NCBI GenBank assembly: GCA_964454905.1
Contig: CAYVTR010000008.1
Coordinates: 1 to 59,897, forward strand
Direction of reading: 5' to 3'
DNA: 59,897 nucleotides
DNA from: an uncultured Woeseia sp.
Lineage (GTDB): Bacteria > Pseudomonadota > Gammaproteobacteria > Steroidobacterales > UBA11654
Below are positions 40,133 through 51,232 of this stretch, one piece after another; positions within the stretch are counted from its first letter, which is position 1; every line of letters begins with the position of its first letter. The notes beneath the pieces are model-generated. The model made no database searches and had not been told where the DNA came from. It saw nothing but the letters and a program-made list of their open reading frames with translations. The position numbers and the translations under genes are program-made.

Positions 40133-40249
40133 AGTTAGAATATTAAGTAATTACTTAGAGAAATGCACCAAGCATGATCAAAAAAACTGTTTAAAGTTAT
40201 TTTTTATACAAATTACTAAGCTTACTTTCTATTCTTGTATAATGAATAA

Positions 40250-41029
40250 ATGGTGATTAAGAGAAATAGAAGTAAAAAGATAAAACCCTTAAAAAACGGG
40301 GTATTTATACTTCCTAATATTTTTACAACAGCTAACCTGTTTTCAGGATGCTTCTCAATTTTCTGTTCCATTGATGGAAATTATGAGTCAGCTGCCATAG
40401 CCATTTTTATCGCAGTTTTTTTGGATGGTCTAGATGGGAAAGTAGCTAGAGCTGCAAATGCCGTATCAAATTTTGGTAAAGACTATGATAGTTTGTCTGA
40501 TCTAATTTCATTTGGGGCCGCTCCCGCAATACTTTATTATGTGTGGTGTTCTAATACTCCAGGTGGAGGTTCTCAAGAAAACATAATATGGCTTATTTCT
40601 TTTTTCTATATAGCCTGTACTGCACTCAGATTAGCTAGATTTAATAACTTGCTCCAATTGAAAGACGATAATCATTTCATTGGTTTCCCATCTCCAGCTT
40701 CGGCAACTTTATGTGGTGTTGTAATTTGGCAATGTCAAATTCATTATATTGACCCGTTAATCAGTTATGCCTTGATTTCTTCCGTTTTTTTCATCAGCGC
40801 CCTAATGATGGTTTCATCCATACACTTCAATAGTTTCAAGAATCTAACAAGAGTTAATAAAATACCTTTTTCTGGAACACTGCTTGGCCCACTACTACTT
40901 ATATTAATTTTATTAAACCCACCGGCAGTATTAACTTTTCTATCAGTGTCTTATTTAGTTTCTGGACCAATAAACTCTTTACTTCTTTTGATTGATAGAT
41001 CTGATTCAAATCCACAAGAAGACAACTAA
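40250..41029 (+). CDS. pssA: CDP-diacylglycerol-serine O-phosphatidyltransferase (subclass II)
   Basis: LPNIFT, DGLDGKVAR, DSLSDLISFG.AP, LRLARFN, F.G.PSP. Confidence 0.92.
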   Translation: MVIKRNRSKKIKPLKNGVFILPNIFTTANLFSGCFSIFCSIDGNYESAAIAIFIAVFLDGLDGKVARAANAVSNFGKDYDSLSDLISFGAAPAILYYVWCSNTPGGGSQENIIWLISFFYIACTALRLARFNNLLQLKDDNHFIGFPSPASATLCGVVIWQCQIHYIDPLISYALISSVFFISALMMVSSIHFNSFKNLTRVNKIPFSGTLLGPLLLILILLNPPAVLTFLSVSYLVSGPINSLLLLIDRSDSNPQEDN

Positions 41030-41040
41030 ATTTTATTAAC

Positions 41041-41685
41041 TTGATGTCCAATATTCATAAGTTACTTGATTATATTGGAATTCAAACTTATGTATTAAGG
41101 TCAACAATAAAACCGGATGATAAGATCAGCGATGAAACCAATTGGGTTGAATTAGAAAAAAAAGTTAGTCATTGTAAAGATTGCGAGCTTCACAAAACAA
41201 GAACCCAAACCGTTTTTGGCTATGGGAATCAACAATCAGATTGGCTTTTCATAGGTGAAGCCCCTGGTAAGGATGAGGATCTTAAAGGAGAGCCCTTTGT
41301 GGGAAGAGCAGGTCGCTTATTAAATGAGGTTATCTTTTCGTTGGGCCTGACAAGAGAACAAGTTTATATAGCTAATATCCTCAAATGTCGCCCTCCAAAT
41401 AACAGAGATCCATCGCAAAATGAAATTCAATCGTGCACAACTTATTTACAGCAACAAATTAAGATGATTTCTCCAAAAATTATTATTGCTGTAGGACGAG
41501 TCGCTGCCCAGCATTTGCTTAATACAGATCTGACAATGGCAAAACTAAGAGGAACAGTTCATTCATACGGTTCAGAATCCATACCGTTAATCACAATTTA
41601 TCATCCTGCTTATTTATTGAGAAGCCCATCTCAAAAACATAAAGTATGGTCAGATTTACAAGTTTTAAAGTCATTGATGCAATAA
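41041..41685 (+). CDS. Family 4 uracil-DNA glycosylase ([4Fe-4S])
   Basis: CKDCELH, GEAPG, PFVGRAG, KCRPPNNR, HPAYLLR. Confidence 0.94.
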   Translation: MMSNIHKLLDYIGIQTYVLRSTIKPDDKISDETNWVELEKKVSHCKDCELHKTRTQTVFGYGNQQSDWLFIGEAPGKDEDLKGEPFVGRAGRLLNEVIFSLGLTREQVYIANILKCRPPNNRDPSQNEIQSCTTYLQQQIKMISPKIIIAVGRVAAQHLLNTDLTMAKLRGTVHSYGSESIPLITIYHPAYLLRSPSQKHKVWSDLQVLKSLMQ

Positions 41686-41688
41686 GTA

Positions 41689-42948
41689 GTGAGTTACCTA
41701 AAAAGAAAAAAAGTTATTTCATGGGCTTTTTATGATTGGGCTAACTCTGCTTTCGCAACAACTGTAATGGCAGGTTTTTTTCCTCTTTTTTTTAAATCCT
41801 ATTGGGCAACTGACCTTTCATCTGTAGAGAGTACTGCTGTAATTGGTACAGTTAATTCAACTGCGGGTTTTATTATTATGGTTTTAGCTCCAATATTAGG
41901 AGCCTATTCTGATTTGGGTAAGTTGAAGAAGAAATTTCTAGGATTCTTTGTCCTTATTGGAGTTCTAAGTACAGGCTATCTCTATTTTATTCCACAAGGT
42001 GACTGGTTTCTTGCTGCCGGTCTATACACATTGGCAGCAATCGGATTTTCTGCAGGTAATATTTTTTATGACTCTTTAATAGTGTCAGTTTCTAGAAAAG
42101 ATCAGAGAAATAAAGTTTCTTCCCTGGGTTATTCCCTGGGTTATTTAGGCGGAGGATTATTGTTTCTTATTAACGTTTTAATGTATTTAAACCCTTCATG
42201 GTTTGGATTATCCTCTGAAGTGGAAGCGATACTCTGGTCTTTTCTCTCTGTAGCTATCTGGTGGGCAATTTTTTCAATACCTCTTTTTAAGAATGTTGAA
42301 GAAACAGGCAATGCAGACATCTCAATCAATATTTTTAGAACTATTCTCAAAGCTTTTAATGCCGTAATTCAAACTATAAAAGAGATAAAGAAGCATAAAC
42401 GAGTTGCTTTATTCTTACTTGCCTATTGGTTTTATATGGATGGGATAGACACCATAGTTAGAATGGCCACTGCTTATGGTTCAGACATTGGTTTAGATGC
42501 ATCTTCAATGATTACAGCCTTGTTAATGACTCAATTTATAGGTTTCCCTGCAACACTAGTTTTTGGAATGTATGCCGATAAACTCGGTTTCAAAAAGATT
42601 CTCACAATTGGGATATGCATATACATACTAATGTGTGTTTATGCTTCTTATATGACCACAGCTTTTGAGTTTTATGTTATTGCTGGAATAGTTGGTCTTG
42701 TCCAGGGTGGCGTTCAAGCAATCAGTAGATCTTTTTTTAGTAATTTAATACCAAAGGGCAAAGAAGCTCAATTCTTTGGTTTTTATAATTTAGTTGGCAA
42801 ATCAGCTGTGATTGTGGGGCCTGCCTTAGTTTCTTGGATTGCTCTAGTATTCAATAATCCTAGATACGGCATTCTCAGTTTGTTGTTTCTTTTTATCCCT
42901 GGATTAATACTTCTTTGGATGGTTTCTAATAAAGAATTAGCTCAATGA
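41689..42948 (+). CDS. MFS transporter, UMF1/Atg22-like family
   Basis: SWAFYDWANSAF, FYDSL, GYSLGYLGG, QAISRS, FFGFY..GK. Confidence 0.9.
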   Translation: MSYLKRKKVISWAFYDWANSAFATTVMAGFFPLFFKSYWATDLSSVESTAVIGTVNSTAGFIIMVLAPILGAYSDLGKLKKKFLGFFVLIGVLSTGYLYFIPQGDWFLAAGLYTLAAIGFSAGNIFYDSLIVSVSRKDQRNKVSSLGYSLGYLGGGLLFLINVLMYLNPSWFGLSSEVEAILWSFLSVAIWWAIFSIPLFKNVEETGNADISINIFRTILKAFNAVIQTIKEIKKHKRVALFLLAYWFYMDGIDTIVRMATAYGSDIGLDASSMITALLMTQFIGFPATLVFGMYADKLGFKKILTIGICIYILMCVYASYMTTAFEFYVIAGIVGLVQGGVQAISRSFFSNLIPKGKEAQFFGFYNLVGKSAVIVGPALVSWIALVFNNPRYGILSLLFLFIPGLILLWMVSNKELAQ

Positions 42949-45699
42949 GAGCATTTTAATTTGCTCTTCAATCCGTTTCTTATTAAATTCAGAATTTTTA
43001 CACTTACTTTTGAGTTCATCAACAACATCTCTAGGTGCTTTATTGATAAAGCCTTCGCTGGATAATCTATTGTTCATTGAGGTAATGTCGTTTAGTATTT
43101 TTTCATATTTTTTATTTAATCTTTTCTTTTCTTCTTCTATATCAATTAAACCTTCTAGTGGAATAAATATTTTGATATTACCTAAAAGGGCTATTGCTGA
43201 AATCGGAACATCATCTTTTTCCTTTATGACTGTAATGTCATCTATAGAGGCAAGATCTTTAATGTATGACATTGTTTGATCAAGATTTTTCATGTCCAGT
43301 TCAGAGGGTCCTTTAACTAAGATATTAATTTTCGTTTTCGGTGGAATATTCATTTCAGAGCGTATTTGTCTAACATTAGTAACAAATGCTTTTAACCATT
43401 CAATAATTGCCACACTGTCTTTGTTTGATTCTAGATTTTTATTTTTAGGAAAAGGCTGAGTCATTATACTTGTGAGGTTATTTTTGATACTTAGTGACTG
43501 CCAAATTTCTTCTGTGATAAATGGGATTATTGGATGTAAAGCCCTTAAAGATATTTCAAGAACTTGTATAAGGTTATTTTTCATTTGAGATTTCTGATTC
43601 TCTGTTTTTTTTGAATCATTTAGGAAAGATTTTGAGAGTTCAAGATACCAGTTACAATAGTCATTCCAAATGAATTCATACAGACCGTTTGAAGCCCTAT
43701 CAAGCCTATATTCATTGAAGTTTTTTTCAGTATTGGATATTAGTGAGGATAATTTCGATTGAATCCAAACATCCACAATATTAGCATCAGTTTGTTCTTC
43801 TATTTCATCACTATGTTCAAAACCATGCGTGTTCATTTTTACAAAACGCGCAGCATTCCATAATTTATTACAAAAATTTCTATATCCTTCTACACGATTT
43901 AGATCAAGTCTTATGTCTCTCCCTGTGGTTGCTTGAATCGCAAAGGTAAACCTTAATGCGTCTGTCCCATATTCTGGGATTCCATTAGGGAATTCTTTTT
44001 TGGTTTCTTTGATTATTCTTTGTGCCATCTCAGGCTGCATTAATCCCTGGGTTCTTTTCTCAGTGAGTGTTTTGAGGTCTATACCATCTATTACATCTAA
44101 TGGGTCAAGAATATTCCCTTTTGATTTAGACATTTTTTGTCCATTCTTATCTCTTATTAATCCGTGAATGTAAACCTCATTGAATGGAATCTCACCCATA
44201 AACTTAATTCCCATCATGATCATTCTAGCTACCCAAAAGAATATAATATCGAATCCTGTCACTAAGACACTAGTGGGGTAGAAGGTATCAAGATCATAAG
44301 TCTTATTGGGCCAACCTAGGCTAGAAAAAGGCCATAGAGCTGAGGAAAACCATGTATCCAACACATCATCATCCTGTTTGAGCCTGATAGAAGGATTTAT
44401 TTTATGTTCCTTTCTAACAGCCTGTTCACTTATGCCAACAAAAACATTGTCTTCATCATCATACCAAGCTGGTATTCTGTGACCCCACCACAGTTGCCGA
44501 CTAATACACCAGTCTTGAATATTTTCCATCCAATCAAAATAGGTTGTTGACCAATTCTCAGGAACAAATTTTAGTTCACCATCTCTTACTGCTTTAATAG
44601 CTGGTTCTGCAAGTGGCTTCATTTTCACAAACCATTGGTCTGTTAATAAAGGTTCCAAAATAGCACCACTTCTGTCTCCTCTTGGAACACTGAGTTGATA
44701 ATCTTCTGTCTTTTCTAACAGACCCAGTGATTTGATTTTCTCAATGATCATTTTTCTAGCAACAAAACGATCGAGTCCAATAAATTCATGTGGAACCGAT
44801 TGATTCATCTTGGCTTCTTTAGTGAGAACACTAATAACTTCAAGACCATGTCGTTTTCCGATTTCAAAATCATTGAAATCATGAGCCGGAGTTATTTTTA
44901 CACACCCACTACCAAAATCTTGATCAACATATTCATCAGCGATAATTGGTATAGATCTATTAATTAATGGCAATTCTACTTCTTTTCCTATTAGATCTGT
45001 ATATCGTTTATCCTTAGGGTTTACAGCAACTGCAGTATCGCCCAACATCGTTTCAGGTCTTGTGGTTGCAACAGTTATTGAATCAGTTGTGCCCTTTATC
45101 GGGTATTTAAAATGCCACAAATAACTGCTTTCTTCAGATTGGATAACCTCTAAATCTGACAAGGCAGTCAACAGTATAGGGTCCCAATTAACTAATCTTT
45201 TACCTTTATAGATAAGGCCTTCTTTGTAGAGTTGTATGAACACCTCTTTAACCCCTTCAACCAGTTCATCATCCATTGTGAACTTCTCTTTTGTCCAATC
45301 TGTTGATGTGCCTAACCGTTTTAATTGGTTAGTAATAGTGTCGCCTGATTGTTCTTTCCATTCCCAAACCTTCTTCTCAAATGCCTTTCTGCCTAATTCA
45401 GTTCTGGAGGAACCTTCTTGTTCTAGTTGTCGTTCAACCACCATCTGAGTGGCAATACCTGCATGATCTGTTCCTACTTGCCATAAAGTATTCTTCCCTT
45501 TCATTCGTTGATATCGAGTTAAGGTATCCATTATCGTGTCTTGAAAAGCATGCCCCATATGTAATGTTCCTGTTACATTTGGAGGAGGGATAACGATACA
45601 AAAAGAATCACCTTTTTTACTCGGTGCAAAATATCCAGCGTCTTCCCAAGATTTGTAAATCCTTTTCTCTATTGTTTTTGGGTTATAGGTTTTATCCAT
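42937..45699 (-). CDS. valS: Valyl-tRNA synthetase
   Basis: PPPNVTGTLHMGH, DHAGIATQ, ATTRPET, WCISRQLWWGH, KMSKSKGN. Confidence 0.98.
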   Translation of the reverse strand: MDKTYNPKTIEKRIYKSWEDAGYFAPSKKGDSFCIVIPPPNVTGTLHMGHAFQDTIMDTLTRYQRMKGKNTLWQVGTDHAGIATQMVVERQLEQEGSSRTELGRKAFEKKVWEWKEQSGDTITNQLKRLGTSTDWTKEKFTMDDELVEGVKEVFIQLYKEGLIYKGKRLVNWDPILLTALSDLEVIQSEESSYLWHFKYPIKGTTDSITVATTRPETMLGDTAVAVNPKDKRYTDLIGKEVELPLINRSIPIIADEYVDQDFGSGCVKITPAHDFNDFEIGKRHGLEVISVLTKEAKMNQSVPHEFIGLDRFVARKMIIEKIKSLGLLEKTEDYQLSVPRGDRSGAILEPLLTDQWFVKMKPLAEPAIKAVRDGELKFVPENWSTTYFDWMENIQDWCISRQLWWGHRIPAWYDDEDNVFVGISEQAVRKEHKINPSIRLKQDDDVLDTWFSSALWPFSSLGWPNKTYDLDTFYPTSVLVTGFDIIFFWVARMIMMGIKFMGEIPFNEVYIHGLIRDKNGQKMSKSKGNILDPLDVIDGIDLKTLTEKRTQGLMQPEMAQRIIKETKKEFPNGIPEYGTDALRFTFAIQATTGRDIRLDLNRVEGYRNFCNKLWNAARFVKMNTHGFEHSDEIEEQTDANIVDVWIQSKLSSLISNTEKNFNEYRLDRASNGLYEFIWNDYCNWYLELSKSFLNDSKKTENQKSQMKNNLIQVLEISLRALHPIIPFITEEIWQSLSIKNNLTSIMTQPFPKNKNLESNKDSVAIIEWLKAFVTNVRQIRSEMNIPPKTKINILVKGPSELDMKNLDQTMSYIKDLASIDDITVIKEKDDVPISAIALLGNIKIFIPLEGLIDIEEEKKRLNKKYEKILNDITSMNNRLSSEGFINKAPRDVVDELKSKCKNSEFNKKRIEEQIKMLSLS

Positions 45700-45700
45700 T

Positions 45701-46141
45701 CTAGTCTGCTCTATGCGCTTTAATTATAGAACCATCTGCTTTATATGTTTTCCATTTTTCTCTGGCTTTGTTCTTTTTATCTTTATCATTACCCACGATC
45801 TCATGAATTTTTAAAGTGCTTTTTGATACCCTTGGAATTTCTTGACTGACATTAATTAGAGCTTCTGCTGTTTCAATTTGGTTAGTATCCCAACCTATTA
45901 TTACGGGTGTTTCTGCTTGTTCTGGATGACCTGATATTGTGTGTGGAACAAAGCTTTCTTGTCTAAAGGTCCATAATAGGTTATCAAACTCTTTAGCTTC
46001 ATTTTCACTATCAAAATGAATATAGATAGGTTTCGATCCTTGTTTGTATCCTTTTTCGACTAATCTACAAACATATACTAGTAAATCTCTTCCTGATGTT
46101 TTTTTTACAAAGTGATGAAAATAAACTTGCATATTTTGCAA
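45701..46141 (-). CDS. holC: DNA polymerase III chi subunit
   Basis: CRLVEK, LLWTF..ESFVPH; pepA-holC-valS synteny. Confidence 0.9.
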   Translation of the reverse strand: MQNMQVYFHHFVKKTSGRDLLVYVCRLVEKGYKQGSKPIYIHFDSENEAKEFDNLLWTFRQESFVPHTISGHPEQAETPVIIGWDTNQIETAEALINVSQEIPRVSKSTLKIHEIVGNDKDKKNKAREKWKTYKADGSIIKAHRAD

Positions 46142-46144
46142 GTC

Positions 46145-47656
46145 TTAATTACTTGATTCACTGATTAAAAATTCAGAAACTAAGCCAACTGGCCTACCTG
46201 TTGCTCCTTTGTTTTGACCCTCCAACCAAGCAACACCAGCAATATCAATGTGTGCCCATTCAAAATCGCCTACAAATTTTTGAAGGAAGCACCCAGCAGT
46301 GATGGTTCCTGCTCCTGAGCCTCTTGTGCTAATATTTGCAACATCAGCAAAATTACTCACTATCTGGTTAGAATAATCTTCCGTTAATGGGAGTCTCCAT
46401 GTTGCATCACCCGAATCAATTCCAGCATTCAGTAGTTTTTCTGCAAGACGATCTGAGTTGGACATCAAACCAGAATGATGTTGCCCAAGAGCGACAACAC
46501 AGGCTCCGGTGAGTGTGGCCATATCAATAATTGATTTTGGTTTAAATCTTTGTGCATAAGTTAGAGCATCTGCTAGGATTAATCGTCCTTCAGCATCTGT
46601 GTTTAATATTTCTATGGTTTGACCTGACATTGACTTAACAATATCACCAGGTTTTGTTGCTGTAGAGCTGGGTACATTTTCACAAGTCGGGATAATGAAC
46701 ACAGCGTTTAAATTCAAATCTAGTTCAGCAACAACTTGAAGCAGGCCAACAGTAGTGGCGGCACCACACATATCGTATTTCATTTCATCCATATTGTTAG
46801 AAGGCTTTAGTGAAATGCCTCCCGTGTCAAAAGTGATTCCTTTACCAACAATCGCAATAGGTTTTTCATTTTTTATTGAGCCCTTATATTCAGCTATAAT
46901 CATTTTTGCTGGTTCCGAAGCCCCAGCAGTTACTGATAACAGAGAATTCATCCCAAATTTTTTCATCTGAGATTCATTTAATACTTTTACGCTGAGTGTT
47001 TTGTGTTTACGACCAATTTTTTTTGCCTCATTAGCCAGATGTGTCGGCGTACAAATATTTGAAGGTAAGTCTCCTAAAAGCCTTACTTTTTTTATTCCTT
47101 TACCAATGGCATCCCCATGACTAAATCCTTTTTTCATTTCAGAGGATCTAGCCTTACCGTTAGTGCCATGATAGAGCTTATTTAAGGATATTTTCTTCTC
47201 ATTGCTTGGCTTTGTAGCGGTGTATTGATATGAAATTTGATGCCAAGCTTCAGCTAATATTTTCGTGGAACGGTATTCCGTTCCAGCTTTACTTCCACAA
47301 ATATCGCTTGTGCTGAGAAAGCTTATAGCGCTTTTATGAGTAGTCATAGACAATTTTGAAAGAGCTGAGATTAATGCCTTTTTATAGTTTTTCTCAGAAT
47401 ATTTATCGTATTTTCCGCAACCAACTAAAACTAGTCGTTTATAGGGTTTTCCTGCAACAGGTAAGATTCTACACTGGCCTATTTTTCCTTGTATGTCCTT
47501 ATTTCTCTGAAAATCAGAAATAATTTTATTATTTGCTGTATTTATTGTTTTTGCCGCTCCTCTTAATTTGTGATCACTAAAAATTGGGAGGATAAGGCAG
47601 TCCACTTTTGCCTCAATAGCCTTGTTTGTATTTGTTAAGAAATTCATTCTATTCAC
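46145..47656 (-). CDS. pepA: Leucyl aminopeptidase (M17)
   Basis: GKGITFDTGGISLKP, MKYDMCG, NTDAEGRL, ATLTGA. Confidence 0.96.
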   Translation of the reverse strand: MNRMNFLTNTNKAIEAKVDCLILPIFSDHKLRGAAKTINTANNKIISDFQRNKDIQGKIGQCRILPVAGKPYKRLVLVGCGKYDKYSEKNYKKALISALSKLSMTTHKSAISFLSTSDICGSKAGTEYRSTKILAEAWHQISYQYTATKPSNEKKISLNKLYHGTNGKARSSEMKKGFSHGDAIGKGIKKVRLLGDLPSNICTPTHLANEAKKIGRKHKTLSVKVLNESQMKKFGMNSLLSVTAGASEPAKMIIAEYKGSIKNEKPIAIVGKGITFDTGGISLKPSNNMDEMKYDMCGAATTVGLLQVVAELDLNLNAVFIIPTCENVPSSTATKPGDIVKSMSGQTIEILNTDAEGRLILADALTYAQRFKPKSIIDMATLTGACVVALGQHHSGLMSNSDRLAEKLLNAGIDSGDATWRLPLTEDYSNQIVSNFADVANISTRGSGAGTITAGCFLQKFVGDFEWAHIDIAGVAWLEGQNKGATGRPVGLVSEFLISESSN

Positions 47657-47805
47657 TCATTAATTAAATTTATATTAAAAGGAAAAAACTCAAAAAACTA
47701 TAATCTTTATAGTATTTCTAAGGTGATAATTGTAGTGTAATGACATGAGCTTTAAAACCAATAATTAAAGGCCATTTTTTTAATCTTTAAGAATAAGCAG
47801 ATTTT

Positions 47806-48891
47806 ATGAATAAGATTATTGGAAAATATTTTTTAAGGGAGTTAGTGACTACCTGGTTTGCTGTTACTCTCATTATCCTAATTATTCTATCTACTAATAA
47901 ATTTACTGATGTTATTGGCGACATTGCATCTGGTGATTTACCATCATCTTCTTTGTTTCAAATAATTTTCTATTCATCAATAGATTATTTAGTGATTCTT
48001 ATTCCGCTGAGTACTTTTCTATCTATTCTTATGGTTCTTGGAAGATTTTACAAAAATAGTGAAATGACAGCCATTTTAAGCTCAGGAATTAGCTCTTCAC
48101 ATCTATATCGGGTTTTAAGTGTGCCTTTAGTTGTTTTAATGGTGTGTCTATTATTAATTTCTGTTTTTATATCTCCCCAAGCAAAAAAGATTATTGAATT
48201 ATCAAAACAGGATGCTTTAACAAAGATTGGCATAGAATTTTTTGAACCCGGACGATTTATCACCTTAAAAGACGGCGCTGTGTTTTACTCGAAAGACAGA
48301 CTTGGTAATAACAGATTTATAGAGGTCTTTATGCAAAAGGAGATCGATGGAGAGGTCAGTGTTGTTACAGCTGAATACGCAGAAATTCAAGAGGATCAGG
48401 AGAATAATCTTTTAGTTTTTTTTAACGGTCAAAGATATCAAGGAGAACCGGGTGATAACGATTTTAGAGTCTTAGAGTTCTCAGAACATCAGTTACCATT
48501 ATTTATCAGTAAAACTCAAAAAGAAATCAACAATATTTCAGGAGAAAGTATTGATACTTTATTTGGCCAACAAGATTTAGAATCTAAAGCCGAAGTTCAA
48601 TGGCGACTATCCCCACCTATTGCTTTATTAATTTTGGTCTTCCTAGCTGTTCCTCTAAGCAAAGCTTCTCCAAGACAAAGTCAGTATGGTGGGTTAGTAC
48701 TAGGCGTTTTAGTTTATTTGATCTATGTTAATTTACTTGGCGCTGCAAGAGTATGGTTTGAACAAGGAGATTCGCCTGCGGTTATTGGTCTTTGGTGGGT
48801 GCATAGCTTAGGTTTTATTTTTACATTGTTTATGATTTTAAATAGCCATAATTTTTTTAGTCGTTTAACCACAATTAGAGAGACAAAATGA
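47806..48891 (+). CDS. lptF: LPS export permease LptF
   Basis: LGRFY..SEM, G.RY.G.PG, AE.QWR, PRQ; divergent from pepA. Confidence 0.93.
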   Translation: MNKIIGKYFLRELVTTWFAVTLIILIILSTNKFTDVIGDIASGDLPSSSLFQIIFYSSIDYLVILIPLSTFLSILMVLGRFYKNSEMTAILSSGISSSHLYRVLSVPLVVLMVCLLLISVFISPQAKKIIELSKQDALTKIGIEFFEPGRFITLKDGAVFYSKDRLGNNRFIEVFMQKEIDGEVSVVTAEYAEIQEDQENNLLVFFNGQRYQGEPGDNDFRVLEFSEHQLPLFISKTQKEINNISGESIDTLFGQQDLESKAEVQWRLSPPIALLILVFLAVPLSKASPRQSQYGGLVLGVLVYLIYVNLLGAARVWFEQGDSPAVIGLWWVHSLGFIFTLFMILNSHNFFSRLTTIRETK

Positions 48892-49958
48892 AAGTTTTAG
48901 ATTGGTATATTTTTAGATCTATTACTAAGATGACATTTATTGTGTTGTTTGTTTTTGTTGCTCTCTCAGGGTTTATAGATTTTGTTAGCCAGGCTGATGA
49001 TATCGGTATAGGTAGTTATGGTGTTTTTGAAGCTGTTCAATACACATTTTTAAAATTACCCAGTTCCGTTTTTCAGCTTATGCCTATAGTGGTCTTAATT
49101 GGCAGCCTACTTGGATTAGGTGCTTTAAGTAAAAATAGTGAAATAACGATTATGATGTCATCAGGCTTTTCTTTATTTAGACTCAGTTCATCAGTTGCAA
49201 TCACCGGATTTATTTTCTGTTTTTTCATCATCGCTGTTGGAGAGTATTTCTCACCTCCCATGGAGAGATTTGCTGATCAGTTAAGGACGAAGAATAAATA
49301 CAACCTCTCTACTTTAGGACAATCACAAGGCTTTTGGCTCAAAGACGAGAATAAAATTATTAATATTAACTTTGTTTCAGAAAATAAGAGTTTTGGTGAG
49401 TTAACTATTTTTGAGCTTGGTGAAGATGCTCGAATAAATAAAATCTCAAAAGCATCATCTGCAGGTATTGACGACTATAATCAATGGATTTTGAGTAATT
49501 TAAATGAATCCACTTTTAAAGAATCAGGAGTAGAGTCAGCATATTCAAGATATAAAATTGATAAAACAAAACTGAATAGAGATCTAGTGAGTTTAACCGT
49601 AGTTAAATCAGAGGATTTGAATGTAATAGAGCTGTTTCGTTTTATCAAATATCTTCAGGGCAATAATCTTGATACAGACCAATACACTGTATCATTCCAT
49701 AGTCGTGTCGCTTCTTTATTTGTTATTCCTATTATGTGTTTATTTGCATTACCAATGTCAATGGGTGTTCAAAGGTCTAGAGGGACAGGCTATAGAATTA
49801 CTCTAGGAGTTATGATTGGTTTAGCCTATTTTATTATGCAAAATGTATTAATGGAGTTAGTGCAAGTCTATACAATTAACCCAATATTTATAGGTTGGTT
49901 ACCACTATTGATATTGACCATTGTTACAACAAGTTTATATTTAATTAAGAAGAATTAG
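48888..49958 (+). CDS. lptG: LPS export permease LptG
   Basis: LDWYI, GSLLGLGAL...SE, GE...P, G.WLKD; follows lptF. Confidence 0.93.
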   Translation: MKVLDWYIFRSITKMTFIVLFVFVALSGFIDFVSQADDIGIGSYGVFEAVQYTFLKLPSSVFQLMPIVVLIGSLLGLGALSKNSEITIMMSSGFSLFRLSSSVAITGFIFCFFIIAVGEYFSPPMERFADQLRTKNKYNLSTLGQSQGFWLKDENKIININFVSENKSFGELTIFELGEDARINKISKASSAGIDDYNQWILSNLNESTFKESGVESAYSRYKIDKTKLNRDLVSLTVVKSEDLNVIELFRFIKYLQGNNLDTDQYTVSFHSRVASLFVIPIMCLFALPMSMGVQRSRGTGYRITLGVMIGLAYFIMQNVLMELVQVYTINPIFIGWLPLLILTIVTTSLYLIKKN

Positions 49959-49961
49959 TAA

Positions 49962-50576
49962 TTGATGACTCAGCTCGTAAACTGCCTGTTTTCTTTATTT
50001 TTATTACTGCTTGTTGTGAGTTGTACAACTGTTGAAACAGTCTCACCACCACAACAAATTAATGTTGATATTTATAATGAGCAACTAAAAGACTTAAAAA
50101 AGAGCACTCAATTTCTAGAAGAAGAGATTGCTTATTTAAAGAACGAATTGTCATTGATAAAAGAAAAATTTACTGAGACAACTGTTAATTATATCCTTAC
50201 AGATTCTGAACGATTAGCTTATCAGGAATCTTTTGAATTAATAAGACAAGGTGATTATGAAGCTGCCCAAATTGCTTTTTCAAATTATATTAAATCTTAT
50301 CAAGGCAGTGCTTTTATTGATGACGCTAAATTTTGGCTTGCAGAGTCTTTCTATGCTCAAGGTAATTATATTAAAGCGTTAGAGATTTTTGAGAATATCC
50401 AAAGCCAACATCCAAAATCAGAAAAAATTATGGAGTCAATTTTGAAATCAGGTTTTTGTTATTACGAGTTAAGGAATTTTGAAAAAGCACTCACAATTTT
50501 TAAACAAATTATTACTGACTATCCTAATTCTTCTGTGTCTCGCCTTGCTACAGAAAAACTTAATACAATTAGATAG
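49962..50576 (+). CDS. cpoB: Cell division coordinator CpoB/YbgF (coiled coil + TPR)
   Basis: Lipobox-like VVSC, coiled coil, TPRs (AKFWLAESFY, YPNS..A); upstream of queE. Confidence 0.82.
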   Translation: MMTQLVNCLFSLFLLLLVVSCTTVETVSPPQQINVDIYNEQLKDLKKSTQFLEEEIAYLKNELSLIKEKFTETTVNYILTDSERLAYQESFELIRQGDYEAAQIAFSNYIKSYQGSAFIDDAKFWLAESFYAQGNYIKALEIFENIQSQHPKSEKIMESILKSGFCYYELRNFEKALTIFKQIITDYPNSSVSRLATEKLNTIR

Positions 50577-50582
50577 ATTTAG

Positions 50583-51230
50583 GTGAATATGAACACTCTA
50601 AGAGTGACAGAAATTTTTTACTCTATCCAAGGAGAATCATCAAAAACTGGTTTGCCGACAGTTTTTATTCGTTTAACAGGTTGTCCATTAAGGTGTATCT
50701 ATTGCGATACTGAATATGCTTTTACGGGCGGTGAAAACTTAAAAATATCTGAGATCATACAGACCGTAAAGTCTTCATCAAGTCAGCATGTTTGTATTAC
50801 TGGCGGTGAGCCATTAGCACAACCTAACGTTCATATTTTAATGAATGAACTTGCTCTGCTAGATTATGCAATTAGTCTAGAGACGAGTGGTTATATTGAT
50901 GTTTCAAATGTAAATTCTAAAGTAAAGATAATTATGGATATCAAAACACCAGAATCAAAAGAAGTAGATAAAAATAATTGGGAGAATATAAATCTTCTTA
51001 AAAATAAAGATGAGGTAAAATTTGTAATTTGTAATCGTAATGATTACGAGTGGTCTAAAGAGATCATGGAGAAATATATGATTTATGAACAATGCAATGT
51101 TCTTATGTCTCCAGTAGCAGATTTAATGGAACCTAGAACTCTTGCAGAATGGATTCTTGAAGATTCTTTGCCTGTCAGGTTTCAAATTCAATTGCACAAA
51201 ATTCTTTGGCATAATCAGCCAGGTAAATAA
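50583..51230 (+). CDS. queE: 7-carboxy-7-deazaguanine synthase (radical SAM)
   Basis: EIFYSIQGE, CPLRCIYCDT, TGGEPL, QLHK. Confidence 0.96.
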   Translation: MNMNTLRVTEIFYSIQGESSKTGLPTVFIRLTGCPLRCIYCDTEYAFTGGENLKISEIIQTVKSSSSQHVCITGGEPLAQPNVHILMNELALLDYAISLETSGYIDVSNVNSKVKIIMDIKTPESKEVDKNNWENINLLKNKDEVKFVICNRNDYEWSKEIMEKYMIYEQCNVLMSPVADLMEPRTLAEWILEDSLPVRFQIQLHKILWHNQPGK

Positions 51231-51232
51231 AG

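Noticed and set aside
41041-41685. UdgX-type suicide glycosylase
   Set aside because: Lacks the KRRIH loop; ordinary family 4 KCRPPNNR.
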